DNA from: Spirochaetia bacterium
GTDB lineage: Bacteria; Spirochaetota; Spirochaetia; SZUA-6; Bin103
Direction: 5' to 3'
Assembly: GCA_965203055.1 (NCBI GenBank)
Contig: OZ241863.1
Location: 2,816,001 to 2,880,000 of the forward strand
Length of the DNA stretch: 64,000 bases
The notes under the pieces were generated by a model. The model saw only the letters and a list, made by a program, of their open reading frames with translations. It was not told the origin of the DNA and ran no database searches. The translations under genes and the position numbers were made by a program. Positions 37,809 through 47,486 of the stretch are shown one piece after another (the stretch's first letter is position 1; the number at the start of each line of letters is the position of its first letter).

Positions 37809-38534
37809 ATGCTGTGGAGGCGCCGCCGGAAGGAGCGGCCCGCGCCGCTGCATACCCCTGACGAGCCGGAGTTCTGGCGCCGGCTCCCGGCCGGCAGCTC
37901 GGTGGCGCTGCGCGACTTCCAGGCGCTGGAAGAGGCCGACCTCAGCGGCGGCAGCGGCGCGGGCGGCCTGAACTACGAGGTGACCGGGCGCCGCCACTAC
38001 ACCTTCCGCGCCGGAGACGCGGTGGTGGCCGAGTATCTGCTGTTCGACATCGCCGACGCCGAAAAGGTGTACGTGCTGGCGGCGGTGCTCACCGGCCCCC
38101 ACCTGGAACTGCGGGTATACTACCAGCCCGACGGCTTCCAGCCCGGCACCCGGGCGGCGCTGCTCGATCAGGGCTTCGCCTGGCTGTTTCTGGAGCCGCC
38201 CAACCCCGACTCCTTCGTCCCGTACGACTTGGAGTTCGCCCCCCACCCCGACGTACCGCCGATCCGCGACGGCGACGAGGAGAAGCTGCTGCAGTTCAGC
38301 GCCGCCAATCACGGCCCCCTGTACGGCGACTACTACGACGAACGCGCGCGCCGCCAGGTGCCGGCGCTGGTGATGGAGTACCGCACCGACCAGCCGGCCA
38401 GCAATCCGCTGCTGCTGGTGCTCGAAGAGGGCGGGCTGGACGCAGCCGGCGAGCCGGTGCCGGCCGGCGGCTTCGTCACCCTGCTGCTCGGTAGCGCCAT
38501 CGACCTGTCCCAGATGGAAGTCTTCGCCCGCTGA
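37809..38534 (+). CDS. Hypothetical protein, possibly DUF4178/DUF2491 (YjfK)-like
   Basis: Intact ORF with typical codon use, basic N-terminus, beta-rich, C-terminal VTLLLGSAIDLSQMEVF. The family guess rests on that pattern and on DUF350 context. Confidence 0.6.
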   Translation: MLWRRRRKERPAPLHTPDEPEFWRRLPAGSSVALRDFQALEEADLSGGSGAGGLNYEVTGRRHYTFRAGDAVVAEYLLFDIADAEKVYVLAAVLTGPHLELRVYYQPDGFQPGTRAALLDQGFAWLFLEPPNPDSFVPYDLEFAPHPDVPPIRDGDEEKLLQFSAANHGPLYGDYYDERARRQVPALVMEYRTDQPASNPLLLVLEEGGLDAAGEPVPAGGFVTLLLGSAIDLSQMEVFAR

Positions 38535-38539
38535 GAGCC

Positions 38540-40315
38540 GTGTCCTATCCGCCGATTCCTTACGGGCGAGCCAATTTCCGCAGCATTCGCCTCGACGGCT
38601 GCCTCTACGTGGACAAGACCCGCTTCATCCGCGACCTGGAGCAGGAGCGCTACGTGTTCCTCATCCGGCCGCGGCGGTTCGGCAAGACGCTGTGGCTGAC
38701 GATGTTGAGCGCCTACTACGACCGCTCCCAGGCCAAGGACTTCCGGGCGGTCTTCGCCGGCACCGACATCGGCCGGCAGCCGACCGCCGACCGAAGCCGC
38801 TACGTGGTGCTGTACTTCGACTTCTCGGCGTTCAAGCAGACCCTGCCGACGTTGGAGGAGCAATTCGAACGGCACTGCCTGCTCCACGTCCGCGACGCGC
38901 TGCGGCGCAACCGCGACCTGTTCGACCATGACGCGGCGCGCGCCATCCTCGCCTCGCCGTCGATCAACGAAGCGCTCGAGGCGCTGTTCCTGTACGCGCG
39001 CGATCACGACTTCCCGCTCTACGTCCTGATCGACGAGTACGACAACTTCGCCAATACCATCCTCGCCCATCAGGGCACCGAGGCGTACCACGCGTTCACC
39101 CACGGCGGCGGCTTCTTCCGCAATTTCTTCGCCACGCTGAAGGCCGGCACCGCGGAGACCGGCTGCGTCGAGCGGCTGTTCGTGACCGGCGTCTCGCCGA
39201 TCACCATGGACGACGTCACCAGCGGCTTCAACATCGGCGCGAACCTGAGCCTGCGGCGCGAGTGCAACGAACTGCTCGGCTTCACCGAGAACGAGGTGCG
39301 GGACATCCTGACGATGTACCGCGACCGGAAGGCGCTCGATCAAGACGCGGAAGCCGCGCTGGCCGTGATGCGCGAGTGGTACGCCGGCTACCGCTTCGCC
39401 GAAGGAGCGGCCGGCGACATCTACCACCCCGACCTGGTGCTCCACTACCTGCGCGAGTCGGTTCCGAACCGGGGCGCCCCGCGCGACCTGATCGACGACA
39501 ACATCCGCATCGACTACGGCAAGCTGCGCCACCTGCTGCTGGTCAACCGCCAGGCGAGCGGGCGGCAGTACGCCGCCGCGGGCGAAGCCGAGCTGAACGG
39601 CAACTTCGACCTGCTCCGCCAAGTGATCGCCGAGGAACGGGTGGACACCCCGATCCGCAGCAGCTTCCCGCTGCAGCGGCTGAGCGAGCGCGAGAACTAC
39701 CTGTCGCTGTTGCACTGCTTCGGCCTGCTCAGCATCCGCGGCACGGTCGAGGGCACGCCGCGCCTCGGCATCCCCAATCAGACCGTCAAGCGCCTGCTGT
39801 ACGGCCACCTGCGCGCCGCGTTCGAGGACCTCGCGTTCACCGCCGACTTCCACGTCCTGGAACGGCGCATCCACGAGATGGCCTACCGCGGCGCGTGGCG
39901 CCCGGTGTTCGACTACCTGGCCGGCGCCGTCGCCCGGCAGACCGGCATCCGCGACTACCTGGCCGGGGAGAAGGTGCTGCACGGCTTCCTGGCGGCCTAC
40001 CTCGGCGCCACCGAGCACTTCCTGTTCCGCTCGGAGCGGGAGCTGAACCGCGGCTACGCGGACATCTGTCTGGAGCCGAACCTGGCCGGATACGCGGACA
40101 TGCGGCACGGCTACGTGATCGAGCTCAAGTACCTCAAGCCCGGCGCGGGAGAGGAGCGGGCGGCCGCCGCGGCGGCGGAGGCGGCGGCCCAATTGCGCCG
40201 CTACCTGGCCGACCGAGAGCTCCGCCGGCAGTACCCCGCGGTTCGGTTCACCGGCCTGGCGCTGGTGTTCCGGGGCGCGGAGTTGGTTCGATCCGACGCC
40301 GTCGCAGCGCCGTGA
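38540..40315 (+). CDS. AAA-ATPase-like domain + PD-(D/E)XK nuclease (DUF1703/PDDEXK_9 type)
   Basis: YVDKTRFI, RPRRFGKT, LIDEYD, SERELNRGYADI, VIELKY. Confidence 0.9.
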   Translation: MSYPPIPYGRANFRSIRLDGCLYVDKTRFIRDLEQERYVFLIRPRRFGKTLWLTMLSAYYDRSQAKDFRAVFAGTDIGRQPTADRSRYVVLYFDFSAFKQTLPTLEEQFERHCLLHVRDALRRNRDLFDHDAARAILASPSINEALEALFLYARDHDFPLYVLIDEYDNFANTILAHQGTEAYHAFTHGGGFFRNFFATLKAGTAETGCVERLFVTGVSPITMDDVTSGFNIGANLSLRRECNELLGFTENEVRDILTMYRDRKALDQDAEAALAVMREWYAGYRFAEGAAGDIYHPDLVLHYLRESVPNRGAPRDLIDDNIRIDYGKLRHLLLVNRQASGRQYAAAGEAELNGNFDLLRQVIAEERVDTPIRSSFPLQRLSERENYLSLLHCFGLLSIRGTVEGTPRLGIPNQTVKRLLYGHLRAAFEDLAFTADFHVLERRIHEMAYRGAWRPVFDYLAGAVARQTGIRDYLAGEKVLHGFLAAYLGATEHFLFRSERELNRGYADICLEPNLAGYADMRHGYVIELKYLKPGAGEERAAAAAAEAAAQLRRYLADRELRRQYPAVRFTGLALVFRGAELVRSDAVAAP

Positions 40316-40378
40316 ACGGCCACCTGCCGGCCGACCGGCCCGTTGACAGGAGCGCGCGGGGCTGGTAGTCGTTGCGGC

Positions 40379-41224
40379 GTGTCCAACTCGGAGATGTTCG
40401 CCAAACAGGGGTACCTGGTGGTGCGCGGGGCCATTCCTCAGGCCCGCATCGACGCCGTGATCGAGGTGGCGGCGGGGCTCGTCGACCACGACGCGCGCCG
40501 GCTGCTGGAGCGCGGTCTGATCGAGGATGCATGCGCCGGCGAGCCGTTCGCGCGCCGCTGGTACCGCGTCTGGCGTCAACACGGCGGCCAGCAGGAGTTC
40601 AAGGTCGGCTGGCACGGCCGCGTGTTCAGCCGGGCGCTGTACGAGCTGTGGATCGAACCGGCGATCCTGGACGTGGTGGAGGCGCTGATCGGCCCCGAGA
40701 TTCAGTTCAACGGCGACTTCTGGGTGCGGCCCAAGCTGCCCGCCGAGCAGGAGACTACGCTGCCGTGGCACCAGGACAGCGGCTACATGCCCGACACCGC
40801 GCAGCACCGGCTGCTCACCGTGTGGCTGCCGCTGGTCCCCGTCGACGCCGACAACGGAACCCTGCAGTTCATCCCCGGCAGCCACGCGCAGGGAATTCAG
40901 GACCACGGGACCCAATCGGGCCAGTTCCGCACCACGGCGTTCGATCCCGCGGCCGGCGCCGCGGTCGATACCCTCGCCATGCAGCCGGGCGACTTCGTCA
41001 TCTTTCACAACCTCGTGTTCCACCGCTCCACCCTGAACCACGCCGACACGGTGCGCTGGTCGGTGGACTTCCGCTACAGCCCCGCCGGCACCTCGATGGC
41101 CCATCTGTGGCATGCCGGTATGGCGTTCCCGGCGCGCAGCCGGCGCAATCCGGCCGCGGCCGCCGACTGGCCGCAGGTGCAGGCCGCCTGGGCGCGCAGC
41201 GAACAGCGCACCAGGTTCTTTTGA
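40379..41224 (+). CDS. PhyH family dioxygenase
   Basis: PWHQD, WLPL...NGTLQFIPGSH, HRSTLN...RWSVDFRY. Confidence 0.9.
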   Translation: MSNSEMFAKQGYLVVRGAIPQARIDAVIEVAAGLVDHDARRLLERGLIEDACAGEPFARRWYRVWRQHGGQQEFKVGWHGRVFSRALYELWIEPAILDVVEALIGPEIQFNGDFWVRPKLPAEQETTLPWHQDSGYMPDTAQHRLLTVWLPLVPVDADNGTLQFIPGSHAQGIQDHGTQSGQFRTTAFDPAAGAAVDTLAMQPGDFVIFHNLVFHRSTLNHADTVRWSVDFRYSPAGTSMAHLWHAGMAFPARSRRNPAAAADWPQVQAAWARSEQRTRFF

Positions 41225-41373
41225 GACCCACCGGCCCCCGCCCGCCGGGCGGCGCGCGCCGGGCGGCGCGCGGTTTCTGGACTTCGCCGGCGCGCAACGG
41301 TTACACTGGCGCGGACATGGGCCACGGGCTCGTTGGCTCGCCCGGCCCGCCAGATACAAGGAGAGGAACCGAA

Positions 41374-43377
41374 GTGTACAAAGCAATGGTACTGGGACTC
41401 GCGCTGATCACGGCAGGCGCGAGCCTGTTCGCGGGCGGCGCCGGCGACAGCGGCAGCGCGTCCGCGCCGGCCGCGGGCGCGGCAATGGGCAGCGGGGAGT
41501 ATGCGGAAGCGCCGATGCTCGCGGCCCTGGTGGCGGCGGGCAAGCTGCCGCCGGTGGCTGACCGGCTGCCGGTGGAACCGGCGGTGATGGAGCCGATCGA
41601 GTCGGTTGGCACCTACGGCGACACGATCTACGTGTTCGTGGCCAGCACCGAGCCGTGGAACACGCTGCAGGAGGAGACCGAGCGCGGCAGCTACCTCGGC
41701 TACATCCGGCAGGACACTACGGTAGTGCCCAATCTGGCCAAGGGCTTCGAGCTGGGGCCGGACTTCCTGAGCCTGACCATCACCCTGCGCGAAGGCGCGC
41801 AATGGTCCGACGGCCACCCGTTCACCGCCGACGACGTGGTGTTCGCGTTCGAGGATTGGCACTTCGACTCCCGGGTCGGCGGCGCCACGCAGCCGTTCTG
41901 GCTGAACAAGGTGCGACGCGCGATCAAGATCGACGACTACACGGTGCGCCTCGAAACCGACTCACCCTATCCGGTGATGCTGGCCAAGATGGGCGAACCG
42001 GCGGGCGGCGACTGGCACGCCTATCTGCCCCGGCACTACCTGGAGAAGTTCCACATCAAGTACAACCCGGAGGCCGACGCGCTGGCCAAGGAGCAGGGCT
42101 ACGACAGTTGGAACCTGGCCCTGGAAGCCAACGACTGGGAGTACCAGAACGGCTACCGGCACCTGAAGGAAGATGGCGAACCGCGGCCCACCATGCAGCC
42201 GTGGTCGTTGATCGAGGTCACCGACACCACCAAGGTGCACGAGCGCAACCCCTACTTCTACAAGGTGGACCCGAGCGGCCAGCAGCTCCCCTACATCGAC
42301 CGCGTCATCGCCGGCATCGCCGACATCGAGACCATTCAGCTCAAGATCATCGCCGGCGAAGTGGACCTGGACTACGTCAACGCCACCAGCGACAACTACG
42401 CGCTCTACAAGGAGAACGAGGCGGCCGGCGGCTACGTGCTGCAGGAGATCCCGATCAACCAGATCCCGATCGCGTTCGCGGTCAACCAGACCCACGAGAC
42501 CAAGGGCCGCGTGTTCCGCGACCTGCGCTTCCGCCAGGCGCTTTCGCTGGCGATCGACGCCGACGAAGTGAACGACAGCGTGTACTTCGGGCTCGGCGAG
42601 CCGATGGTGTTTCCGGTGGCGGGCGCGAGCTTCTCCCCGCCGGCGTGGAGCAACAATCCCTACGACGCCTACGACCCGGATGAGGCGAATCGCCTGCTCG
42701 ACGCCGCGGGCCTCGACCGGCGGGACGGCGACGGCTGGCGGCTCGGCGACGACGGCAAGATCTTCTCCCTCACCATCGAGGGACGGGTCCAGGGCGAGCA
42801 CAGCGCGACCAGCAAGGCGATCGAGCTGATGCGCGAGTATTGGCGCGCGGTCGGGCTGAAGACCGAGATCAAGCTGTCCGACGGCGCCCTGCACCGCGAG
42901 CGCCGCAACGGCAACCTGCTGGAGATCAACGTTGGCACCTGGGGGTATCCCTCCGAGTCGCGCCAGTACATGATCGACCGCGAAGCGTGGGCGCACGGCC
43001 ACCACGACCTGAGTTGGGCGCCGGAGTGGGGCCTCTGGCTGGAAGCGTGGATCGAGGTCGAGGAAGGCACCCGCAGCCTCAGCGACTTCGAAGGCGGCGT
43101 GCTGCCGGGCCAGGAACCCCCGGAGGAATTCAAGCAACTGTTCCAGTGGGGCGAGGAGCGCGCCCAAACCGTGCTCGGTTCGCCGGAGTACCTGGAGGTG
43201 TCGCGCAAGATCTTCGGCTTTCACTTCGACAACCTGCTGATGCAGGGCGTGGTCGGCGGGCAGCCGCACTTGGTGGTCGCCAAGGCCAACCTGGGCAACG
43301 TGCCCACCGGCTTTCACGGCAGCGCCGCCTGGTGGGGCGACCTGAACATCGAGGCGGAGCAGCTCTACTTCAAGTAG
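41374..43377 (+). CDS. Family 5 ABC transporter solute-binding protein
   Basis: GTG after AAGGAGAGG, signal peptide, GKLPPVADRLP, WSDGHPFTADDV, RNPYFYKVDPSGQQLPYID. Confidence 0.9.
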   Translation: MYKAMVLGLALITAGASLFAGGAGDSGSASAPAAGAAMGSGEYAEAPMLAALVAAGKLPPVADRLPVEPAVMEPIESVGTYGDTIYVFVASTEPWNTLQEETERGSYLGYIRQDTTVVPNLAKGFELGPDFLSLTITLREGAQWSDGHPFTADDVVFAFEDWHFDSRVGGATQPFWLNKVRRAIKIDDYTVRLETDSPYPVMLAKMGEPAGGDWHAYLPRHYLEKFHIKYNPEADALAKEQGYDSWNLALEANDWEYQNGYRHLKEDGEPRPTMQPWSLIEVTDTTKVHERNPYFYKVDPSGQQLPYIDRVIAGIADIETIQLKIIAGEVDLDYVNATSDNYALYKENEAAGGYVLQEIPINQIPIAFAVNQTHETKGRVFRDLRFRQALSLAIDADEVNDSVYFGLGEPMVFPVAGASFSPPAWSNNPYDAYDPDEANRLLDAAGLDRRDGDGWRLGDDGKIFSLTIEGRVQGEHSATSKAIELMREYWRAVGLKTEIKLSDGALHRERRNGNLLEINVGTWGYPSESRQYMIDREAWAHGHHDLSWAPEWGLWLEAWIEVEEGTRSLSDFEGGVLPGQEPPEEFKQLFQWGEERAQTVLGSPEYLEVSRKIFGFHFDNLLMQGVVGGQPHLVVAKANLGNVPTGFHGSAAWWGDLNIEAEQLYFK

Positions 43378-43467
43378 GCGCTGCGAGGAAGGCATCGAAG
43401 GCGCGGGCGGCGGCCGGGGACCTGATCCGGCCCGCCGCCGCCGGCCCGCGCGCTTCCACCACGGCTC

Positions 43468-44466
43468 ATGGCACGCTATCTGTTGCGCCGCGCGATCTAC
43501 ATGATGGCGCTGCTGCTGCTCCTTTCATTCGTCTCCTTCCTCATCATCCAACTGCCGCCGGGCGACTACCTGAGCACCCACATCGCCAGCCTGGAGGCGC
43601 GCCGAATCCCGGTCACCGAGCTGGTGATCGAGAACCTGCGCGAGCGCTACGGGCTCGGGCTGCCGCTCCACGTGCAGTACCTCAAGTGGCTCGGGAACCT
43701 GTTGCGCGGCGACATGGGGGAGTCGTTCTCGCAGAACCGCGACGTGGCGCAGGTGATCGGCGAGCGCTTCGCGCTGTCCGCGGCGCTCTCGCTCAGCTCG
43801 CTGATCCTGGTGTACGTGATGGCGATCCCGATCGGCATCTACTCCGCGACCCACCAGCACTCGGCCGGCGACTACGCCGCCACGGTGTTCGGGTTCCTGG
43901 GGCTGGCGACTCCCAACTTCCTGCTGGCGCTGATCCTGATGTACCTGGCGTTCACCTATTTCGGATGGAGTCCCGGCGGGCTGTTCTCGCGCGAGTACTT
44001 GGCCGCGCCGTGGAGCGTCGGCCGGGTGATCGACCTGCTCAAGCACCTGCCGATCCCCCTGATCGTCATCGCTACCGCCGGCACCGCGGAGATCATCCGC
44101 GTGCTGCGCGCTTCGCTGCTGGACGAGATCCGCAAGCAGTACGTGATCACCGCCCGTTCCAAGGGCCTGCCGGAGCGCGCCATCCTGTTCCGCTATCCGG
44201 TGCGCGTCGCGCTCAACCCGATCATCAGCACCGTGGGCGCGCTGCTGCCGGCCATCGTATCCGGCGAGACGCTGACCGCCATCGTCCTGAGCCTGCCCAC
44301 CATCGGCCCGCTGCTGCTGCAGGCGCTCAAGGGCCAGGACATGTACCTGGCCGGCGGCATCGTCATGCTGCTCGGCGCCCTGATCCTGGTGGGCACGTTG
44401 ATCTCCGATCTGCTGCTGGCCGCGGTCGATCCGCGCATCCGCTTCGGGGCGCGGGCGCCCGCCTGA
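43468..44466 (+). CDS. Opp/Dpp-type ABC permease (DppB-like)
   Basis: LPPGDY, YVITARSKG, DLLLAAVDPRIR. Confidence 0.92.
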   Translation: MARYLLRRAIYMMALLLLLSFVSFLIIQLPPGDYLSTHIASLEARRIPVTELVIENLRERYGLGLPLHVQYLKWLGNLLRGDMGESFSQNRDVAQVIGERFALSAALSLSSLILVYVMAIPIGIYSATHQHSAGDYAATVFGFLGLATPNFLLALILMYLAFTYFGWSPGGLFSREYLAAPWSVGRVIDLLKHLPIPLIVIATAGTAEIIRVLRASLLDEIRKQYVITARSKGLPERAILFRYPVRVALNPIISTVGALLPAIVSGETLTAIVLSLPTIGPLLLQALKGQDMYLAGGIVMLLGALILVGTLISDLLLAAVDPRIRFGARAPA

Positions 44467-44476
44467 AGGCGGCGGC

Positions 44477-45604
44477 ATGAGCACCCGGCAGGCCGCTCCC
44501 GCCGGCGCGCGGCGCCTCGACGACGAGCGGTACTACGTCGCTTCGAGTTGGACGCTCATGCGCCGCCGCTTCATGCGCCACCGGCTGGCGCTGGTCGGCG
44601 GCGTGGTGCTGGGCGTCATCTATCTGCTGGCCATCTTCGCCGACTTCTTCGCGGTGTCGGGCCGCGACCTGCGCTACCCGGAGCACCTGTACGCGCCGCC
44701 CACGCGCGTGCGGGTGGCGCACGAGGGCCGGCTGCGCGCGCCGTTCGTGTACGGCCTGCAGGTGACCCGCCACCCGGTGACGCGCGCCAAGGTGTTCACC
44801 ATCGACCGGCAACAGACCTTTCCCGTGCGGTTCTTCGTACCCGGTTACGAGTACCGGCTGCTCGGCCTGATTCCGCTCCGCGTCCACTTCCTGGGAGTGG
44901 ACGAACCGGGGGTGTTGTTCCCGTTCGGCACCGACAGCCTGGGGCGCGACATGCTGGCGCGGGTGCTGCACGGGGCGCGGGTGTCGCTCTCGATCGGCCT
45001 GGTCGGGGTGGCGATCAGCTTTGCGCTCGGCTGCCTGCTCGGCGGCGTCTCCGGCTTCTTCGGCGGTCCGGTGGACATGCTGGTGCAGCGCGTCATCGAG
45101 TTCCTGCAGGCGCTGCCCACCATTCCGCTGTGGATGGCGTTGGCCGCGGCGGTGCCGATCGAGTGGCCGGCGCTGCGCGTCTACTTCGTGATCACCATCA
45201 TCCTGAGCGTGATCGGCTGGACCGGCCTGGCGCGGGTGGTACGCGGCAAGCTGCTGCAACTGCGCACCGAAGACTACGTGACCGCGGCCGCGATCGGCGG
45301 CGCCCGGCCGATGGCGATCATCACCCGCCATTTGCTGCCCGGCTTCCTGAGCTACCTGATCGTCCACCTGACGGTCGCGATCCCCTACGTGATCCTCGGC
45401 GAGACCGCGCTGAGCTTCATCGGCATCGGCCTGCGCCCGCCGGTGGTGAGCTGGGGGGTGATGCTGCAGCAGGCGCAGAACGTGCGCACCATCTCGCTGC
45501 ATCCCTGGCTGCTGCTGCCCGGACTGTTCGTGGTGGTGGTCGTGCTGTGCTTCAACTTCGTCGGCGACGGCCTGCGCGACGCCGCCGACCCCTACCAGCG
45601 CTAG
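44477..45604 (+). CDS. Opp/Dpp-type ABC permease (DppC-like)
   Basis: GTDSLGRD, ETALSFIGIG, FNFVGDGLRDAADP. Confidence 0.92.
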   Translation: MSTRQAAPAGARRLDDERYYVASSWTLMRRRFMRHRLALVGGVVLGVIYLLAIFADFFAVSGRDLRYPEHLYAPPTRVRVAHEGRLRAPFVYGLQVTRHPVTRAKVFTIDRQQTFPVRFFVPGYEYRLLGLIPLRVHFLGVDEPGVLFPFGTDSLGRDMLARVLHGARVSLSIGLVGVAISFALGCLLGGVSGFFGGPVDMLVQRVIEFLQALPTIPLWMALAAAVPIEWPALRVYFVITIILSVIGWTGLARVVRGKLLQLRTEDYVTAAAIGGARPMAIITRHLLPGFLSYLIVHLTVAIPYVILGETALSFIGIGLRPPVVSWGVMLQQAQNVRTISLHPWLLLPGLFVVVVVLCFNFVGDGLRDAADPYQR

Positions 45605-46947
45605 CCAGCCGCCGCGGCGGCGCCGATGCGCTCCAGGGCCACGGCGGCGTTGGCGCGGGTGTAGCGCTCCTCGTCGCTCGCGGCGCGGCGCAGGGCGGGC
45701 GCCGCGGCGGCTGCCGCGGGACCCAGCCGCGCCAGCGCCAGGGCGGCGTTGTGGCGCACGCGGCTGTCGGCGTCGGCCAGGCAGCCGCTCAGCGCGGGCA
45801 CGGCCGCCGCGGCCGCGGGCCCCAGGTAGCCGAGCGCCTCGACGGCGTTGCGCCGCACCCACACCGATTCGTCGCCCAGCGCGCGGGTGAGCTGCGGCGC
45901 GGCGGCGCCCGCGGTCTCGCCCATGTCGCCGAGCGCGTCCGCGGCCGCGGCGCGCACCCACCAGGCGGCGTCGGCCAGCAGGGCCGCAGTGGCCGGCACG
46001 GCGGGCGCGCCGCAGGCGGAGAGCCCGAATACCGCCTCGAGCTGGCTGGGATTGGTGTAATCGGCCTCCAGGTTGCGCCGGCGCAGGGTCGCCGCCTGCC
46101 GGCGCAGCGCCGCGGTGAGGCGCGGCACCGCGGGCGCGCCGCGGCTGGCCAGGGCGTAGGCGGCGCGCAGCCGCTCGGCCTCGGCGCCCTGCTCCAGGCG
46201 CCGGGCCCAGTCGTCGAGCGCGCCCGGGGCCGGCGCCGGTTCCCACGCCGCGCCGCGCATCCAGTCCCACATCCGGCGCCGCAGGGCGGCCGGCGGGTCG
46301 TCGCCGGTCAGGTCGCAGGCCGCGGCGCGGTGGTCCCACGCCGCGGCGCGCGGTTCGCTCATGCGCGTGAACAGGAACTTGACCATGTAGCGGCAGCGGT
46401 CGCCGGTGTTGGCGGTGGCGCGGTGCCACAGGTCGTAGTGCACGATGGTCACGGTACCGGCGGCGCCGCACAGCGGAAGTTCGCTGCGCCGGTGAGCGTG
46501 CGCGGCGGAGTCGTAGTACTGGCTGGCGGGCAGGATGGCGGTCGGCCCCAGCGCGCGGCTCACGTCCTGGGGATAGTAGAACGCCATGGCCCAGCGGGTG
46601 CGGTGGTGGCGTACATTGCAGTCGTTCTCGTAGCTGTCCTGGTGCATCTCCTGGCCGCCGGAGCCGCGCGGATTGGGGTGACAGTGGCGGTGCGGATGAA
46701 TCAGGTAGTCCGCTCCGAGCAGGCTTCGCAAGGCGCCGTCCACCGCGGGGTCGCGCAGGATCTCGTAGAGTTCGGGCACGCGCGGCAGAATGTCGTTGTG
46801 CGGGTTGCCTGACGCCGCGAACAGGGCCTCGATCCGGCGCAGGACGCGCCGGTGAAACGCGGCCGGGTGACTGGTGCGCAGCACCAGGTAGCCGTCAGTC
46901 AGATAGTCCCGGAGCTGGCGGTCGCGCAGCAGAATCGGCGCCGTCAT
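45601..46947 (-). CDS. PhyH family dioxygenase fused to C-terminal HEAT (PBS-lyase-like) repeats
   Basis: MHQD, GPTAILPASQ, LWHRATAN, followed by repeats WVRAAAADALG / WVRRNAVEALG / RVRHNAALALA. Confidence 0.88.
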   Translation of the reverse strand: MTAPILLRDRQLRDYLTDGYLVLRTSHPAAFHRRVLRRIEALFAASGNPHNDILPRVPELYEILRDPAVDGALRSLLGADYLIHPHRHCHPNPRGSGGQEMHQDSYENDCNVRHHRTRWAMAFYYPQDVSRALGPTAILPASQYYDSAAHAHRRSELPLCGAAGTVTIVHYDLWHRATANTGDRCRYMVKFLFTRMSEPRAAAWDHRAAACDLTGDDPPAALRRRMWDWMRGAAWEPAPAPGALDDWARRLEQGAEAERLRAAYALASRGAPAVPRLTAALRRQAATLRRRNLEADYTNPSQLEAVFGLSACGAPAVPATAALLADAAWWVRAAAADALGDMGETAGAAAPQLTRALGDESVWVRRNAVEALGYLGPAAAAAVPALSGCLADADSRVRHNAALALARLGPAAAAAAPALRRAASDEERYTRANAAVALERIGAAAAAG

Positions 46948-46981
46948 GGCCAAAAAGAACCTCCTCGCGCGCGCCGCATGG

Positions 46982-47419
46982 TCACCCCGGCGGGGCGGCG
47001 CTCATCAGCGCGCCGGCGCGTTCCACCAGCTCCATCAGCACTTCCAACTCCAGGTCGGCCAGCCGGCGGAAGCTGATGCTGCTCTTGCCCGCCTTTACCT
47101 TGCCGAGGCGGCCGGCGTACGCCTCGGTGAGGTAGCGGCGCCCGTCGGCGGCGTTGACGTAGACGCTGTAGTAGCTCTTCTGCCGCGCCAGCCCGACGAT
47201 GAACCATGCCACCGGCGTCTTGTCCGAACGGACGTAGGAGTAATCGCCGTAGCCGATGATGGTCTGGAAGCTGCCGCCCCAGAACACCCCCTGCCACAGG
47301 CTGCGGCGGTGCCCGGGCAGCGCCGCGCCGAGGCGGCGATCCAGCGCCGTCATGTCGCCGCGCAGCTCGCCGGGCAGCGAGGCGAGGTACTCGTCCGGGG
47401 AGGCAGCCACCCGTTCCAT
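46982..47419 (-). CDS. DUF1801 (YdhG-like) domain protein
   Basis: SPDEYLASLP, IIGYG, QKSYYSVY, GKSSISFRRL. Confidence 0.82.
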   Translation of the reverse strand: MERVAASPDEYLASLPGELRGDMTALDRRLGAALPGHRRSLWQGVFWGGSFQTIIGYGDYSYVRSDKTPVAWFIVGLARQKSYYSVYVNAADGRRYLTEAYAGRLGKVKAGKSSISFRRLADLELEVLMELVERAGALMSAAPPG

Positions 47420-47486
47420 GCACTGCAAGCATATCAGATCCGGCGGTGCCTTTGCCCGCATGCCGCGGCGCGCGGCGCGCCGGCCT

